A DNA stretch of 63,578 bases, filler included, from Octopus bimaculoides (GCF_001194135.2; 6 parts of 6 records of this genome joined end to end with filler, not necessarily neighbours in it), one strand, 5' to 3'. Shown: positions 40,557 through 53,844, counted from the first letter of the whole stretch. Notes: a model not told the origin generated them from the sequence alone. Numbers and translations: made by a program.

Positions 40557-40601
<45 letters not shown>

Positions 40602-40955
40602 GTATATATGTATATATGTATACATGTATATATATATATGTAAATACATATATACATGTATATATATGTATATATATACATGCATATTTATATGCATGTA
40701 TATATTTGATATACATGTATATTTATATTCCTGCACACACACACACACACACATATAGGTTATGAGAGGTAATGGTGTCAGGCAATGCTGAGTAAGTGCT
40801 ATGAACAGACTATAGCTCAGCTCCAGGCTCGGTGATTATGCGAATGAGGAGTCCAACGTAGGTCATATATTAGCATGTGTATATATAAAAAATTAACAGA
40901 AGGAGATAAAAAGAATCCAAGGCTGTGAAAGATTTCAGAACATTTATAAAGAGAA

Positions 40956-41005
40956 CATCTTACAGCTGTTTCCGGGATATTTTATATCTCCCTTCATCAG
41001 AGACG
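40956..41005 (-). ncRNA. Minimal type-I hammerhead ribozyme (Penelope-like pLTR type)
   Basis: Minus strand reads CGUCU-CUGAUGA-AGGGAGAUAUAAAAUAUCCCG-GAAAC-AGCU-GUA|AGAUG. Full core present. Stem I CGUCU/AGAUG, stem II GGG..AUAU/AUAU.CCC, palindromic stem III ACAGCUGU. Predicted cut between 40961 and 40960. Confidence 0.75.
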
Positions 41006-41699
41006 GTGCAAGAAAATGGTTAAGCAATAGTCTTTATAGAGAAGACGTGAAATACAAAGCGAAGTGGAGGAATGAAAACAGGTGTGTGATACGTAAGGAT
41101 ATTATTTAAACAGAATGGTATATATATGTTTCCTGTACATTGTGTGTGAGTTCCAATGGTATTTATAATTGGTCATAGAGTCTTGTAAACGATGTTATTC
41201 GATTGAGGGTTTTTTTGAAGTGACTTAAAAGTTGGGAATGTGTTTGTAAGGTCAAATCAAAAACAAGAAGAGAGAAAAATAAAAAGAAAGGAGAGAGAGA
41301 TAATAAAGAAATGAAGAGAGAGAAAGTGTACTGGCTAGTGTTCAGTCAGGATAAATTGATAGAAAGAAGGGAAAGGTGTGGGTGAGAGAGAGAGAGAGAG
41401 AGATGAGTGTAAAAAAATGAGATGTAAAGAGTAAAGAAGTGTGAGGTATGTTGTGATAGAGCCTAAGTGAAGGGCAGAGTGGGGGATAGGGTAGTAAAAT
41501 GGTGGAATAAAGAATTTGGTTGCTTAAAGGACAGGTCAGTGATTAGTAGAAGAATGTATATCAGTGAAGATGCATACATATGTATATATTCAAGCATGTA
41601 TATAGACATTTACACACATCAACATATAATACGCATACAAAACTCTTGTATGTTACATGCATTCGTGTATATACATGCTCGTTTGTATCTAACTTTTGT

Positions 41700-42173
41700 G
41701 TATATAAAATTTCTTGCAAACACAGAACCATGCATGGAACTATCTGCCCATTGCAAACTCATTGCAGAAGAGATAATGTAATTTACAAATGCACTGTCCT
41801 TAATCTATTACACAACTCTACAGCCATATACACAGGATCAACCAAACATTTTAAGCATCAATATGCCACTCACCTCCATTCTTTTAGATATGATGAACAT
41901 AGATCTACAACATTTACCAACCACATACAACATCACAAAAAAACAAATATACCCTATGCTTTATCATGGTCCATATTGGATTCAAGGCTTCCCTACCAAG
42001 GTCAACGCTCAACCTGCAAGATTTGCCTGAAAGAGGCACTTCACATATTAGAGCACAACTCTTCAACACTGCTAAATAAACACAATGAGGCACTAAGCAC
42101 ATTCAACCACAAATTCTACCACAAATCTAAATGCCTAAATGACCACAGAGTACATTTCCACAATACCCCTTAG
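41700..42173 (+). mobile_element. Penelope-like element GIY-YIG endonuclease domain (Neptune-like pattern)
   Basis: CPLQTHCRRDNVIYKCTV...YTGST..FK..Y..H..SF...WSIL...CKICLKEALHIL...LLNKHNE. Confidence 0.75.
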
Positions 42174-42934
42174 GTAATCCCTAATAACCATATAAATCCA
42201 CATTTTAACTCCTAATCCTTATCTAAGTCCTCTTTCATACTTGATTATTAATATATATATATATATATANNNNNNNNNNNNNNNNNNNNNNNNNNNNNNN
42301 NNNNNNNNNNNNNNNNNNNNNNNNNNNNNNNNNNNNNNNNNNNNNNNNNNNNNNNNNNNNNNNNNNNNNNNNNNNNNNNNNNNNNNNNNNNNNNNNNNNN
42401 NNNNNNNNNNNNNNNNNNNNNNNNNNNNNNNNNNNNNNNNNNNNNNNNNNNNNNNNNNNNNNNNNNNNNNNNNNNNNNNNNNNNNNNNNNNNNNNNNNNN
42501 NNNNNNNNNNNNNNNNNNNNNNNNNNNNNNNNNNNNNNNNNNNNNNNNNNNNNNNNNNNNNNNNNNNNNNNNNNNNNNNNNNNNNNNNNNNNNNNNNNNN
42601 NNNNNNNNNNNNNNNNNNNNNNNNNNNNNNNNNNNNNNNNNNNNNNNNNNNNNNNNNNNNNNNNNNNNNNNNNNNNNNNNNNNNNNNNNNNNNNNNNNNN
42701 NNNNNNNNNNNNNNNNNNNNNNNNNNNNNNNNNNNNNNNNNNNNNNNNNNNNNNNNNNNNNNNNNNNNNNNNNNNNNNNNNNNNNNNNNNNNNNNNNNNN
42801 NNNNNNNNNNNNNNNNNNNNNNNNNNNNNNNNNNNNNNNNNNNNNNNNNNNNNNNNNNNNNNNNNNNNNNNNNNNNNNNNNNNNNNNNNNNNNNNNNNNN
42901 NNNNNNNNNNNNNNNNNNNNNNNNNNNNNNNNNA

Positions 42935-43100
42935 CACTCTCTGAGTGGTTGGCGTTAGGAAGGGCATCCGGCTGTAGAAACTCTGCCAAGTCAGACTGGA
43001 GCCTGGTGTTGCCATCCGGTTTCACCAGTCTTCAGTCAAATCGTCCAACCCATGCTAGCATGGAAAGCGGACGTTAAACGATGATGATGATGATGATGAT
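42935..43100 (+). mobile_element. RTE-type retroposon 3' tail ending in (GAT)n
   Basis: Homologous to 36581-36735. Confidence 0.72.
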
Positions 43101-43400
43101 ATATATATATATACTTACTTTTTGCTTTTAAATAAAGCATATTACTCTACTTCTAGTAATTGAGTACTCTTTTTTCTACCTTGTTGCACATTTATGTGCT
43201 TACTCCAGTATATATATATATATACATACACACACACATATATATATATATGTGTATACATACGCATGTATATATATACATACATATATATATATGTATA
43301 TATACATACATATATATGTATATATACAAATATTCACACACACACATATATATATATGCATATGTGTATATGTCTGTGTGTATGTATATTTATATGTGTG

Positions 43401-43429
<29 letters not shown>

Positions 43430-43435
<6 letters not shown>

Positions 43436-43691
43436 AAGTGCCACACCCTAACAGTTGAGGGAACCCGTGGAAGAGGTAGGCCCAGGAAGACCTGGGCTGA
43501 GGTGGTGAGGCAAGACCTTCGTACATTGGGCCTCACCGAGGCGATGACTACTCACCGAGACCTTTGGAAATGTGCTGTGCGTGAGAAGACCCGGCAAGCC
43601 AAGTAAGATCGTTGCCAGTGCCCCTGGACTGGTTCTTGTGCGGGTGGCACATGAGATGCACCATTTTAAGCGCGGCCGTTGCCAGTACCGC
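43430..43691 (+). mobile_element. RTE-clade LINE: ORF C-terminus plus start of 3' UTR
   Basis: [27 protein letters not shown]...RDLWK..V fits the RTE GxRxRGRPxxxW...DR..W motif. Truncated by a linker. Confidence 0.75.
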
Positions 43692-44199
43692 NNNNNNNNN
43701 NNNNNNNNNNNNNNNNNNNNNNNNNNNNNNNNNNNTTAATTAATTAANNNNNNNNNNNNNNNNNNNNNNNNNNNNNNNNNNNNNNNNNNNNTATATATAT
43801 ATATATATATGTATATATATGTATGTATGTATCTCTTAACTTCTCAAGCAACTCAGCTTCTTGCCATTTGCGGAGATTGTATGCCTGGTTGCTGCTATTT
43901 CCGCTGGCATAGAACCACTTATAATTTCTACAGTTGTTTTTATCACTGATTGATTTTGCTACTGTTGCTATTTTGTTATTTTGTTGATATCATTATTGTT
44001 GTTGTTGTCGTTGTTGTTCAGCCCTGGGTCATTCCCAATCAAGCAGGCAAAATGATAACATCTATGACCATCTCCTCCTTTTCTATATACACATGAGTGC
44101 AAATATATTTTACGCATACAGCCACAAATACATGTATCTTGAAATGCATTATCTAATACGTCCTTATTACAAGATAATATGATTATGGTGATGCGCACA

Positions 44200-45620
44200 T
44201 ATAACCCTCGTCACCACAGTGAAAAACTATTCACTCCCAGTGCATATCTATCCTATCTATGGAGCATCAAAATTGCACAAACAAAACAATAATTTCTCAG
44301 ATATGCACACCAACACACGATATCGCCGAAAGACTGGAAAACGTAATTACACAATACACACCGGAGACATACAGAATATGATTATCCAAAGATTTGTTAA
44401 TGATCTTAGAAGAAGCTATGGAATCAAGCAACGGCTCCACCTTATACGCAGAAAATCTTCCTACCAATGCTTCTGCGGTAGAACTAATAGAAATCACATT
44501 AAATAACACATTTAAACATCCAATATATTATTGGATCCACAACTAAAATACTACAGAAATTATAAACGTACTGTAGAAAACAGAACTCTGAGAAACCATG
44601 GTTTCTCACTTAGGACCAAGTTTGCAGCGTTCTACGTGGCGACAATAAAAAAATAAGTGATAATAAAGTGCAAAAGATGACATGTTTCAGATATATTGTA
44701 GAACGGACAGACTGGAAAAGGTAGAGAAATTAAAGCAATCCCTTGGAAACTGCTTTACAACAAAATTTTAAATTCCAGGAAACAAACAAACTCTAGCAAT
44801 GAATGACTTAATTTCTAGATATGACTATTCAGATAGAATAAACCACATATGTGCAGGGCGAGAAGTTAGTTGAGATCATTTGAGCTGCGTCTCATCTCCC
44901 TCAATGTTTATACCTCCTTTACACCTTCCCTCCTCATCCCTATGGCATTCATTGAATCCCCAACCAAAGTTACGCCCACAGCTGACAGCCACAGCTCAGA
45001 GATTTGAGGATAGCTGGTCTACTGTCTTGCTTTTCTTATTGCTAGCGCTCCTACCACCCACAGCTACTGAGACGGGTACATCAGGACAATTGCATAAGAT
45101 TATCTTTACATTGTATTATCTTTTGATAATGTTCATTATATATATTCAAGAAACTCACAAAACTGAATACTGAATTATTGCACCATCCCATATACTAATA
45201 ACACTAATAATACTAATAATATTATTAGCAAACCACAAGCATATAAATTATGGGTCAAGATACTAACGTCCAATGCCATTGGTAAAATTCGATTGCAGAC
45301 GTAAAAGTTGTAAACTTCATGACTCCAACTGTTATATAGCTCTTACAAATAGAACATTCTATTATTGGTTTACTCACGGCAAGAAGCAAATACAATGCAT
45401 TATACAACAAATCACAAGCCAAAACTTTATACAAAAATCATTAATGGACAATACATCTTTACTCTACTGATCTCCTCACAAAATAAATGTTCAGTAATGG
45501 AAGCAATGTTCACATCATGGCACAGTGCTAAAAGAAACACACAGGCAGTGTGTACTAGTCTTAAAAATAATAAACTAATAACATATAGATATCATGGTCA
45601 AAAATTCGTAATATCTAGAT
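44200..45620 (+). mobile_element. Degraded Penelope-like element: RT plus GIY-YIG
   Basis: Across frameshifts: IYGASKLHK (YGLPKIHK-like), TPTHDIAERL, ENLPTNA..ELIEITL...FKHP, MVSHLGPS (MGSPLGP-like), FLDMTI. Then KFDC...YIALT..TF...DNTSLL and MEAM...NTQ. Unrelated sequence at about 44880-45150. Confidence 0.7.
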
Positions 45621-46045
45621 GAAATCACATTGGCCCTGCCTATTATAAGGCGGCAAGAACACACATCAGCATCACCTTATTCTGAAGATCAAACTGTGAA
45701 AATATAAAAACGTTGATGATGGATTAAAGAAAATTTACTGCTTCAATGATATTGCAAAAGAACTCAAAGAAAAATGTTAACACCCACATCTTAACAAAAC
45801 AAAAAAACTTGATAAATATAAAGCTAGAACACTGTCGTATTTTCAATGCGCCACGCGCACACACACACAATCACTCACAAACACACACACACACTTCTGT
45901 GTGTGTGTACGTGTGTGCATGTGCGTGTGTTTTGGTTGCGCTCAGAACAGACTGAGATAAACAGCCTTCAGCTTGAATCTAGAAGTGCATCATTGAACCA
46001 CTATTTTATGTAAGGAATCTTTGAATCTGTTTCTCCCCATCTCGT

Positions 46046-46115
<70 letters not shown>

Positions 46116-48304
46116 GTGTGTGTGTGTGTATTCCCGTGCGTGTATGCTATTTGTCTATCTATTTATGTATGTATGTATGTATGTATGTATGTATGTATGT
46201 ATGTGCATGTGTGTATGTATATGTATAAGTGAGTGAATGTTCGTATAGGTATGTGTGTATTTATGTGTGTGTGGGGTACATGTATTGTATGTTTGAATGT
46301 ATGTATGTATTTGTGTGTGTGTGTGTGTGGAGGGGTACATGTATTGTATTGTATGTTTATATGTATGTATGTGTGTGTGTGGCCAACCTCCCTCACAAAG
46401 TCTTCTCTAGAACAATATTTCGTTATTGTTGAGTGGTTATTTCATCCGTTCATCACTTGAACTTCTGAAATTATATCACTGACCAGTTTCTAGATGACTG
46501 ATGAGCATTGGTCGTTACAGACAGCAACATTACACCACCACCACCACCACCACCACAACCACCGCCGCTGCCGCCGCCGCCGCCGCCACCACCACGACGG
46601 CATCACAACATCACAGAGCACCGCCACACTACACCAAATCTTGAGTGATAACAAAAAAAAAAAAAAAAATTAAAGATAGAGAGAAGATAACACAGGATGA
46701 AAAAGTATGAAAGCAGAATATAAAGAGAAGAAGAAAAAAAAAACTCAGAACGTGGCCCAAAAAAATTAACAAAAACGACAAGTAAAAAAAAAAAAAAGAA
46801 CAAGAAAGAAAAGATAAAGACAGTAAGAATGCAAGGAAAGGAGACAGAAAATAATGTTTTTCTTTCTTCTAATGAGTTTCTTTAATAGTTCCAGATATTT
46901 CCGATTGACAACAGACGTTGGTTCCGTCTTCATAATCTTTGTGGCTGTGTTTTATTTTTTGAAGAAGGAAAATAAAAAAACAAATGTTTCACCACTGTTA
47001 CCCCTTCTTTTTTGTTTTTCTATTGACTTCTTTTTCAAACTTTTATTGCCGAACTTTTTCTTTTTTGTTATTTTTCAATTCTTTCTTCTTTTCTTCTTTT
47101 CTTTCTCATCGCTTTCCAGCTTTCCTTTTTTTTTTCATTTGTTAGTTTGTTTTCTTCTTTTATTCCTTCATTTTTCCTTTTCGAATATGTCATTGTTGTT
47201 GTTGTTNNNNNNNNNNNNNNNNNNNNNNNNNNNNNNNNNNNNNNNNNNNNNNNNNNNNNNNNNNNNNNNNNNNNNNNNNNNNNNNNNNNNNNNNNNNNNN
47301 NNNNNNNNNNNNNNNNNNNNNNNNNNNNNNNNNNNNNNNNNNNNNNNNNNNNNNNNNNNNNNNNNNNNNNNNNNNNNNNNNNNNNNNNNNNNNNNNNNNN
47401 NNNNNNNNNNNNNNNNNNNNNNNNNNNNNNNNNNNNNNNNNNNNNNNNNNNNNNNNNNNNNNNNNNNNNNNNNNNNNNNNNNNNNNNNNNNNNNNNNNNN
47501 NNNNNNNNNNNNNNNNNNNNNNNNNNNNNNNNNNNNNNNNNNNNNNNNNNNNNNNNNNNNNNNNNNNNNNNNNNNNNNNNNNNNNNNNNNNNNNNNNNNN
47601 NNNNNNNNNNNNNNNNNNNNNNNNNNNNNNNNNNNNNNNNNNNNNNNNNNNNNNNNNNNNNNNNNNNNNNNNNNNNNNNNNNNNNNNNNNNNNNNNNNNN
47701 NNNNNNNNNNNNNNNNNNNNNNNNNNNNNNNNNNNNNNNNNNNNNNNNNNNNNNNNNNNNNNNNNNNNNNNNNNNNNNNNNNNNNNNNNNNNNNNNNNNN
47801 NNNNNNNNNNNNNNNNNNNNNNNNNNNNNNNNNNNNNNNNNNNNNNNNNNNNNNNNNNNNNNNNNNNNNNNTTTCCTTTTTTTTTTCATTTGTTAGTTTG
47901 TTTTCTTCTTTTATTCCTTCATTTTTCCTTTTCGAATATGTCATTGTTGTTGTTGTTGTCATTGGTGTTGGCACTGTTGTCGTTGTTGTTATGTTTGTTA
48001 TTTATTATCCTTTTGTTGTTATTGTTGCTATTGTTGTCAACGGCATTATCGATATCGGCGTTATTCTTGTAATAATGTTCTGCACAGTGGAGGCAGCTGA
48101 ACATCGACGAAGCGTTTTGTTGTTGCCCCATAATATACCAAGAAGTTGAACGAACAATGAGCTGAGCTGACCGGAAATTCAAATGGAACTGAAAACGAGA
48201 GAAATTCGTGAGACACATTTGATCATCGATTACGTTTAGTGGAAATATAGGCGCATCAGAAGTTGCTTAATCCTGGATCAACTCCGATTGAACACAGCTA
48301 CACT

Positions 48305-48610
48305 TTCTCCTCGACTTAGGACCGAGTTCCGTTCCGATTGACAGGTCGTAAGTCGATCTGGTCGTATGTCGGATTTATATTTTTCAACACTATTTTCATT
48401 CAAACGCAACTGAAGGTTGAAAGCGACTGAGTAAGAGATTGGGTCTGAGGGAGGTCTGTGTTGTCAGATGGTGTCATAGTTATTGTACGTGCAGCTGTCT
48501 AACGTCAGAAAATCGATTTAAAAAAATTTATTTGTTCATTTCCTTATTTTTTTCTGGTCGTAAGTGCAGGTGGCCGTAAGTCGCATAGGTCGTAATATAT
48601 CTAGACGTAT
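48305..48610. mobile_element. Possible pogo/Tigger-like MITE
   Basis: Starts ctcctcgacttaggacc, with several inverted ggtcgtaagt(c/g) subterminal motifs. Right end degenerate. Confidence 0.35.
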
Positions 48611-49119
48611 ATTATCCAATGTATCATTGTTTTTTTAAAAATTTTTTAATAAAAGATACAAGGCAGTAGGCTGTGATTTAAGGTGATTTGGTTGCTACAT
48701 TTACTGGTAGAAGGTATCGTTAATGAGTGCAGGCATGGATGTGGGAGTAACCGTTTCGCTTCGTAACTACCTTGCTTCGGGCTCAATGTCCTGAGTAAAT
48801 TCTTCCACCATAATTTTAGATCGATCAAAGAAACACTGTGAAGGAAATTTCGTTGATGGAAGCTGTGCAGAAGGTCTTCGAGAGGACCTCTTTGAGCAAC
48901 AGGCAACATCATCAGGCCGTTGATGAGCTTAGCAGAGTCCATTCTGTTGCGCGTATTTGGGCCACGTATCAGGTTAGAGGGTATCTTCACTTCCTCTCAC
49001 CACTCACGGAAGCATTGAAAAGGGGCTTGAGTACTACTCTTCCTCCTATAACTGACTACACTAATTAAAATAGTGTGAGACTTAGCGTCGGCTAATGAAG
49101 ATAAAAGTTCAAAATAATA

Positions 49120-49290
49120 GGTGCAGCGTGGCTGTGAGGTAAGCAGCTTGCTCCCCAACCACATGCTTCCGGGTTCAGTTCCACTGCGTGGCACCTTGGG
49201 CAAGTGTCTTCTACTATTGCTTCGGACCAACCAAAGCTTTGTGAGTGGATTTGGTAGACGGAGGCTGAAAGAAGCCTGTTGTATATATAT
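49120..49290 (+). mobile_element. SINE family A, 5' half
   Basis: gtggctgtgaggtaagcagcttgc...gggttcagttccactgcgtggcaccttgggcaagtgtcttctactat. Confidence 0.8.
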
Positions 49291-49842
49291 ATGTATATAT
49301 TTATGTACGTGTGTGCCTGTGTTTATTACAATAACCGGTTCTTTTGGTCAAACTATCGTATCTCCAGCTGCTTCTGATACCAAGACATCAAAAATTGTCA
49401 AAGTGTAGTACAACGGTTTTGCTATGGAATGGTGAAACTATTTTTTCGTTCTCTGAAAAGCAACGCTTTGGACTTACAAAGCAAGATTATGTATGTACAT
49501 TTATATACGTTTCTATGTCTCTATGTTTCATGTATAAGTGAGTGAATGTTCGTATAGGTATGTGTGCATTTGTGTGTGTGTGGGGGGGTACATGTATTGT
49601 ATTGTATGTTTCTATGTTTCTATGTTTCTATGTTTCAAGTTATGAGCTACTGTTTTGTACTCAGACATGAAGTTCTGCATAGAGGTACATTTTCATGCGG
49701 CTATGCGACGTTTATAAAACTTTCCGCAGACCCGGTCAATACGGCATGTTGCTACTTGTATCTATGTATGTTTATATGTGTGCATGTTTCTACATATATG
49801 TATGCGCACATATCTATATCTGTGTGTGTGTGTGTGTGTGTT

Positions 49843-49898
<56 letters not shown>

Positions 49899-50854
49899 GT
49901 GGTCAGGTTGTTTGAGAGTGTTATCGGTAACGAGTAATTCTTTTGGACGCTCTGCAGGATGGAATGCATAACTTGTCAAGAGTAGATGAACTCAGAGGAG
50001 TCAATAACCATCCACTAATATGCACATACGACTGTGCATGTTTAGTAGCAGGTTTTCATTTGTTCAGTGAAGCATGCAACAAACAAGTTACCTTCTCCAC
50101 ACCTTCTCTGTCGGCGGTAGCAAGAGAGTGACGGCAACTGGTGCAAGTGGCAACATACTGATGATGGACAGTGATGGACAAAGTGCTGTAGTTTCTAGTG
50201 CACGCAAGGTGTGGTGTAGTTGTGAGCAGTTCCCATCCTCTGATCTATCAAGTGATTACGTTCCTTGTTCAAGTGCTGCGTATTTAGTCAAGGTCTTCAT
50301 TGACTGATGTTGAAACTTCTTGAAGTTACAGACGGAGGACACTCACTACAAAGATCATCAGGAATCACACATTTATGACAATGAAATATCATTTCATTCC
50401 TAATTTCAGGCGCTTTGGTGGTGTAGTATAGGCGAGGGTGTAGAATTGATTCATCGATCCTTTGACTTTGCCAGGATGCGTCTCTAGCTGAAGTCCTATG
50501 TTGTCAAAGTCATTAACTTCATTGATCGCCAATGGGGTATCATGACAACTTTAGATATCTCCCTTTTCTGTTTTCCTTGCGCGCACACACACACACATCA
50601 CTGTATCTCTGCATCGATTAGACTATCAGATGTTTTTACACAACACAGATCACAATGCGTTTCCTCGTATTGTCATCCCGTTGTTTCGAAACTTTCGATT
50701 TTTCCTGACCGTAAATTTAATACACCCTTTCTTTTGTCCTTTCATTTCGTCTTTGCGTTTTTCTTATGATCACACACATACACACATACATACATACATA
50801 CATACACACATACATACATACATACATACATACCTACATACATACATACATACA

Positions 50855-50890
<36 letters not shown>

Positions 50891-51614
50891 TANNNNNNNN
50901 NNNNNNNNNNNNNNNNNNNNNNNNNNNNNNNNNNNNNNNNNNNNNNNNNNNNNNNNNNNNNNNNNNNNNNNNNNNNNNNNNNNNNNNNNNNNNNNNNNNN
51001 NNNNNNNNNNNNNNNNNNNNNNNNNNNNNNNNNNNNNNNNNNNNNNNNNNNNNNNNNNNNNNNNNNNNNNNNNNNNNNNNNNNNNNNNNNNNNNNNNNNN
51101 NNNNNNNNNNNNNNNNNNNNNNNNNNNNNNNNNNNNNNNNNNNNNNNNNNNNNNNNNNNNNNNNNNNNNNNNNNNNNNNNNNNNNNNNNNNNNNNNNNNN
51201 NNNNNNNNNNNNNNNNNNNNNNNNNNNNNNNNNNNNNNNNNNNNNNNNNNNNNNNNNNNNNNNNNNNNNNNNNNNNNNNNNNNNNNNNNNNNNNNNNNNN
51301 NNNNNNNNNNNNNNNNNNNNNNNNNNNNNNNNNNNNNNNNNNNNNNNNNNNNNNNNNNNNNNNNNNNNNNNNNNNNNNNNNNNNNNNNNNNNNNNNNNNN
51401 NNNNNNNNNNNNNNNNNNNNNNNNAAAAAACGGGGAACAGATTAGGTTTATCCGTGGAGAGAAAAGCCTACGGAAAAGACCACGGTCACCTCAGGTTTTT
51501 TTTTTTAAAGGTACATGAAAGTAAGTACCTTCTCTCTTTTTGTCTCTTTTTGTTACAAGTCTATGCTTAAAATGGTGTCGTCTTTCATTCTTACCATTCT
51601 TGCCACATTTACCC

Positions 51615-51672
<58 letters not shown>

Positions 51673-51769
51673 GTAGATATGTTTCGACCAAAGATTGATC
51701 CAGGTCATATCTAACTTAATAGCACCACCTGATAGGATTTACTAAATCCTTTTTGAGTCAAGTTTTGTA

Positions 51770-52075
51770 GTATCTTGGCCCATTCAAGTAGGGGGTTCTT
51801 GTTAAGTGAGTTGTATCCAGGTATATGTGGCTTATCTGGTTTCCCTTGAAGAAACTTGTCTACATTCCTTTAAATGTGATGGGATGTTTTCCCTCTATGA
51901 TTTGCTTTGGAACAATGTTAAATAGGGCAGAACCTGTTGAGGGAAAGAAATTGTGCTGCAGTGCATTTATGTGTTGTGGGCCTGAATTGTGTAGGGGACG
52001 TATGGCAACTGGTCCTACCCTTGGATTAATTCTGAAGCTAATGTTATATATTAGTGGTAAGAAGCTTCCTTCCGG
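51770..52075 (-). mobile_element. CR1/L2-group LINE 3' fragment
   Basis: Minus frame HNFFPSTGSALFNIVPKQI...FK, continuing after a frameshift to PDKPHIPGYNSLNKN. Same C-terminal pattern as 17430-17655. Confidence 0.55.
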
Positions 52076-52104
52076 TTTACCGTTATTCAGTTAGATTGTG
52101 AGTT

Positions 52105-52860
52105 TTGTTTGTGATACACATATTTCTTTCTGTCTTGCCAGTGCGACGTTTTTCATCTTGTGTAATGGAGGGGCGTCGAGCGCTGAGTTGTGTGGAGTTA
52201 AAGTATTCTTCCTCAGAATTTGATTCGTCTGAGGGGGAATTGGTGGAATGTTTAAAAAAGATAGACAAAGAGATGGAAAATAGGAACTATGCTGCAGCGG
52301 CTAAGGGAAGAATTGAAGAAGTAAATCTGGAGGAGTTGAGTGAGTTCAAGGAAATGTTTGAAAAGGAAGGGAATGTTGTGAAGGTGTTCCCCTCCCCCCA
52401 CCCCAAAAAAGTATTAAAGGACAAGGTAGAAAGGACAATTGTCTGCAGAACATACGCGGTGGCAACAAGTAAAATAGATGTGGTATCGGAGGCACAAGTG
52501 GAAAAGGTATTAGGCTCAGTCTGGCAGGAGATATCATACTTTGCCAGGGGACGAAAGTACGGAACGGTGGAGGTGCAGTTTAGGGAGACAGCGACTGCCG
52601 GACTGCACTCAGCCACACCAGTGAAAACAGACGAAGTGGTGCTTCTACCCGTATACCTTGGGAAGCGTACCTCCAGGGTTAGGGTAGAAGACATACCACC
52701 AGAAGTGAATGTGGCCTGACTGGTGGCTGCCATACTGCTGGGCATGGATGAGAAGGTGGTAGTCTTGCAGGCCACCAGAACGCCCCATAGGAACTGAAAG
52801 GGACAAACCCTTGAAATGGTGGTACAGCTCGCGGAGGAGGACTTGGAAAAGAGAACATCT
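52105..52860 (+). mobile_element. Probable L1/Tx1-type ORF1 (gag-like/RRM) fragment, pseudogenised
   Basis: 204-aa complex-sequence ORF (NYAAAAK...RTIVCRTY...GTVEVQF...VRVEDIPPEV). The frame continues past TGA stops at 52717 and 52795, both plausibly TGG>TGA. No splice structure. Family assignment is inference. Confidence 0.5.
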
Positions 52861-53660
52861 TTTTGCAGACAATATCACTTTTATACTTTATTTTACACAT
52901 GAGTACAATTCATGTCTAGAAAGCTCATGACATACTTAGATTGTCGAAAAAAATCAATAATAGGGCCCTTCCAATGGATCCTTCTATCTACTAGATATTA
53001 CTAATATTTTATTTAAACAACCCAAGGGAAATAACCCATACCACCTGCAGATTTTAGCAAAGCGATCAATGTTTGATTCTCACGATCAGCCGACCTAATT
53101 CTGCATTTCACTACTCACAGTTTTGAACTGCTAAGCATTATTATTGCACTTCCTTAATTTGAATCTTAAACATTATAGACTTCATTCATACATTTCTATA
53201 CATACATACTTTCTTGAATGCCCATTACTCCGATAATTCTGCATTTTTACAGTAACACTTTTTCCATGGCTGTAGATAATTTTTTTATTCCACAAAATGT
53301 ATTTGTAGTGGCTTCATGCAGGCATAGCGTGGATTCGACCCTCGATTGCCAAATTTCACTTAACACATCAACAGCGCTTTTCTCACGGTAAAACTATAGT
53401 TTTTCTGTGAATAACAGCAGTTATACATTTCCCAGATACCTTCTCTAAGCAGAATATTGTCTTTGCCTCTCGTTAACCTTCGACAACCTCTCTCGCCAAC
53501 CTCCGAAAACCTCTCTCGCCAACCTTCAGCAATATCTCCCTCCTACAGCTGAAAGTATTTTGTACTTTTTCGTGACGGAAAATGCACCTTTTGTGGCAGC
53601 TATAATGAAATTGCTTTCTTATATCAGAGTAATAAGGCATTTCAATAGAACATCTTTACC

Positions 53661-53689
53661 CCCGGGAATTACCGGGCACACCAGCTAGT
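53661..53689 (+). mobile_element. Helitron-like 3' terminus
   Basis: GC hairpin CCCGG-gaatta-CCGGG (53661-53676), 8-nt spacer, then CTAG|T (53685-53689). Confidence 0.5.
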
Positions 53690-53806
53690 ATATATATATA
53701 TATATANNNNNNNNNNNNNNNNNNNNNNNNNNNNNNNNNNNNNNNNNNNNTTAATTAATTAANNNNNNNNNNNNNNNNNNNNNNNNNNNNNNNNNNNNNN
53801 NNNNNN

Positions 53807-53844
<38 letters not shown>

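Noticed and set aside
39987-40592. About 110-bp direct repeat on both sides of a gap; likewise 47121-47206 versus 47872-47957
   Set aside because: Identical sequence flanking an N gap is typical of unmerged contig overlaps, not a real duplication.
45680-45720. ctgaaga...aaaacgttg after the second Penelope-like element, a possible hammerhead
   Set aside because: Position is suggestive, but no stem II, no GAAA adjacent to stem III, and no convincing stem I. At best a decayed remnant.
46222-49608. About 75-bp sequence shared between 46222-46290 and 49531-49608
   Set aside because: Short and half low-complexity; most likely a minor repeat or local duplication with no functional signature.
49725-49755. 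SADPVNTACC resembling the missing cyclase motif FGDTVNTASR
   Set aside because: No MPRYCLF before it or RMES after it, no suitable acceptor, and it is embedded in microsatellite-flanked sequence.
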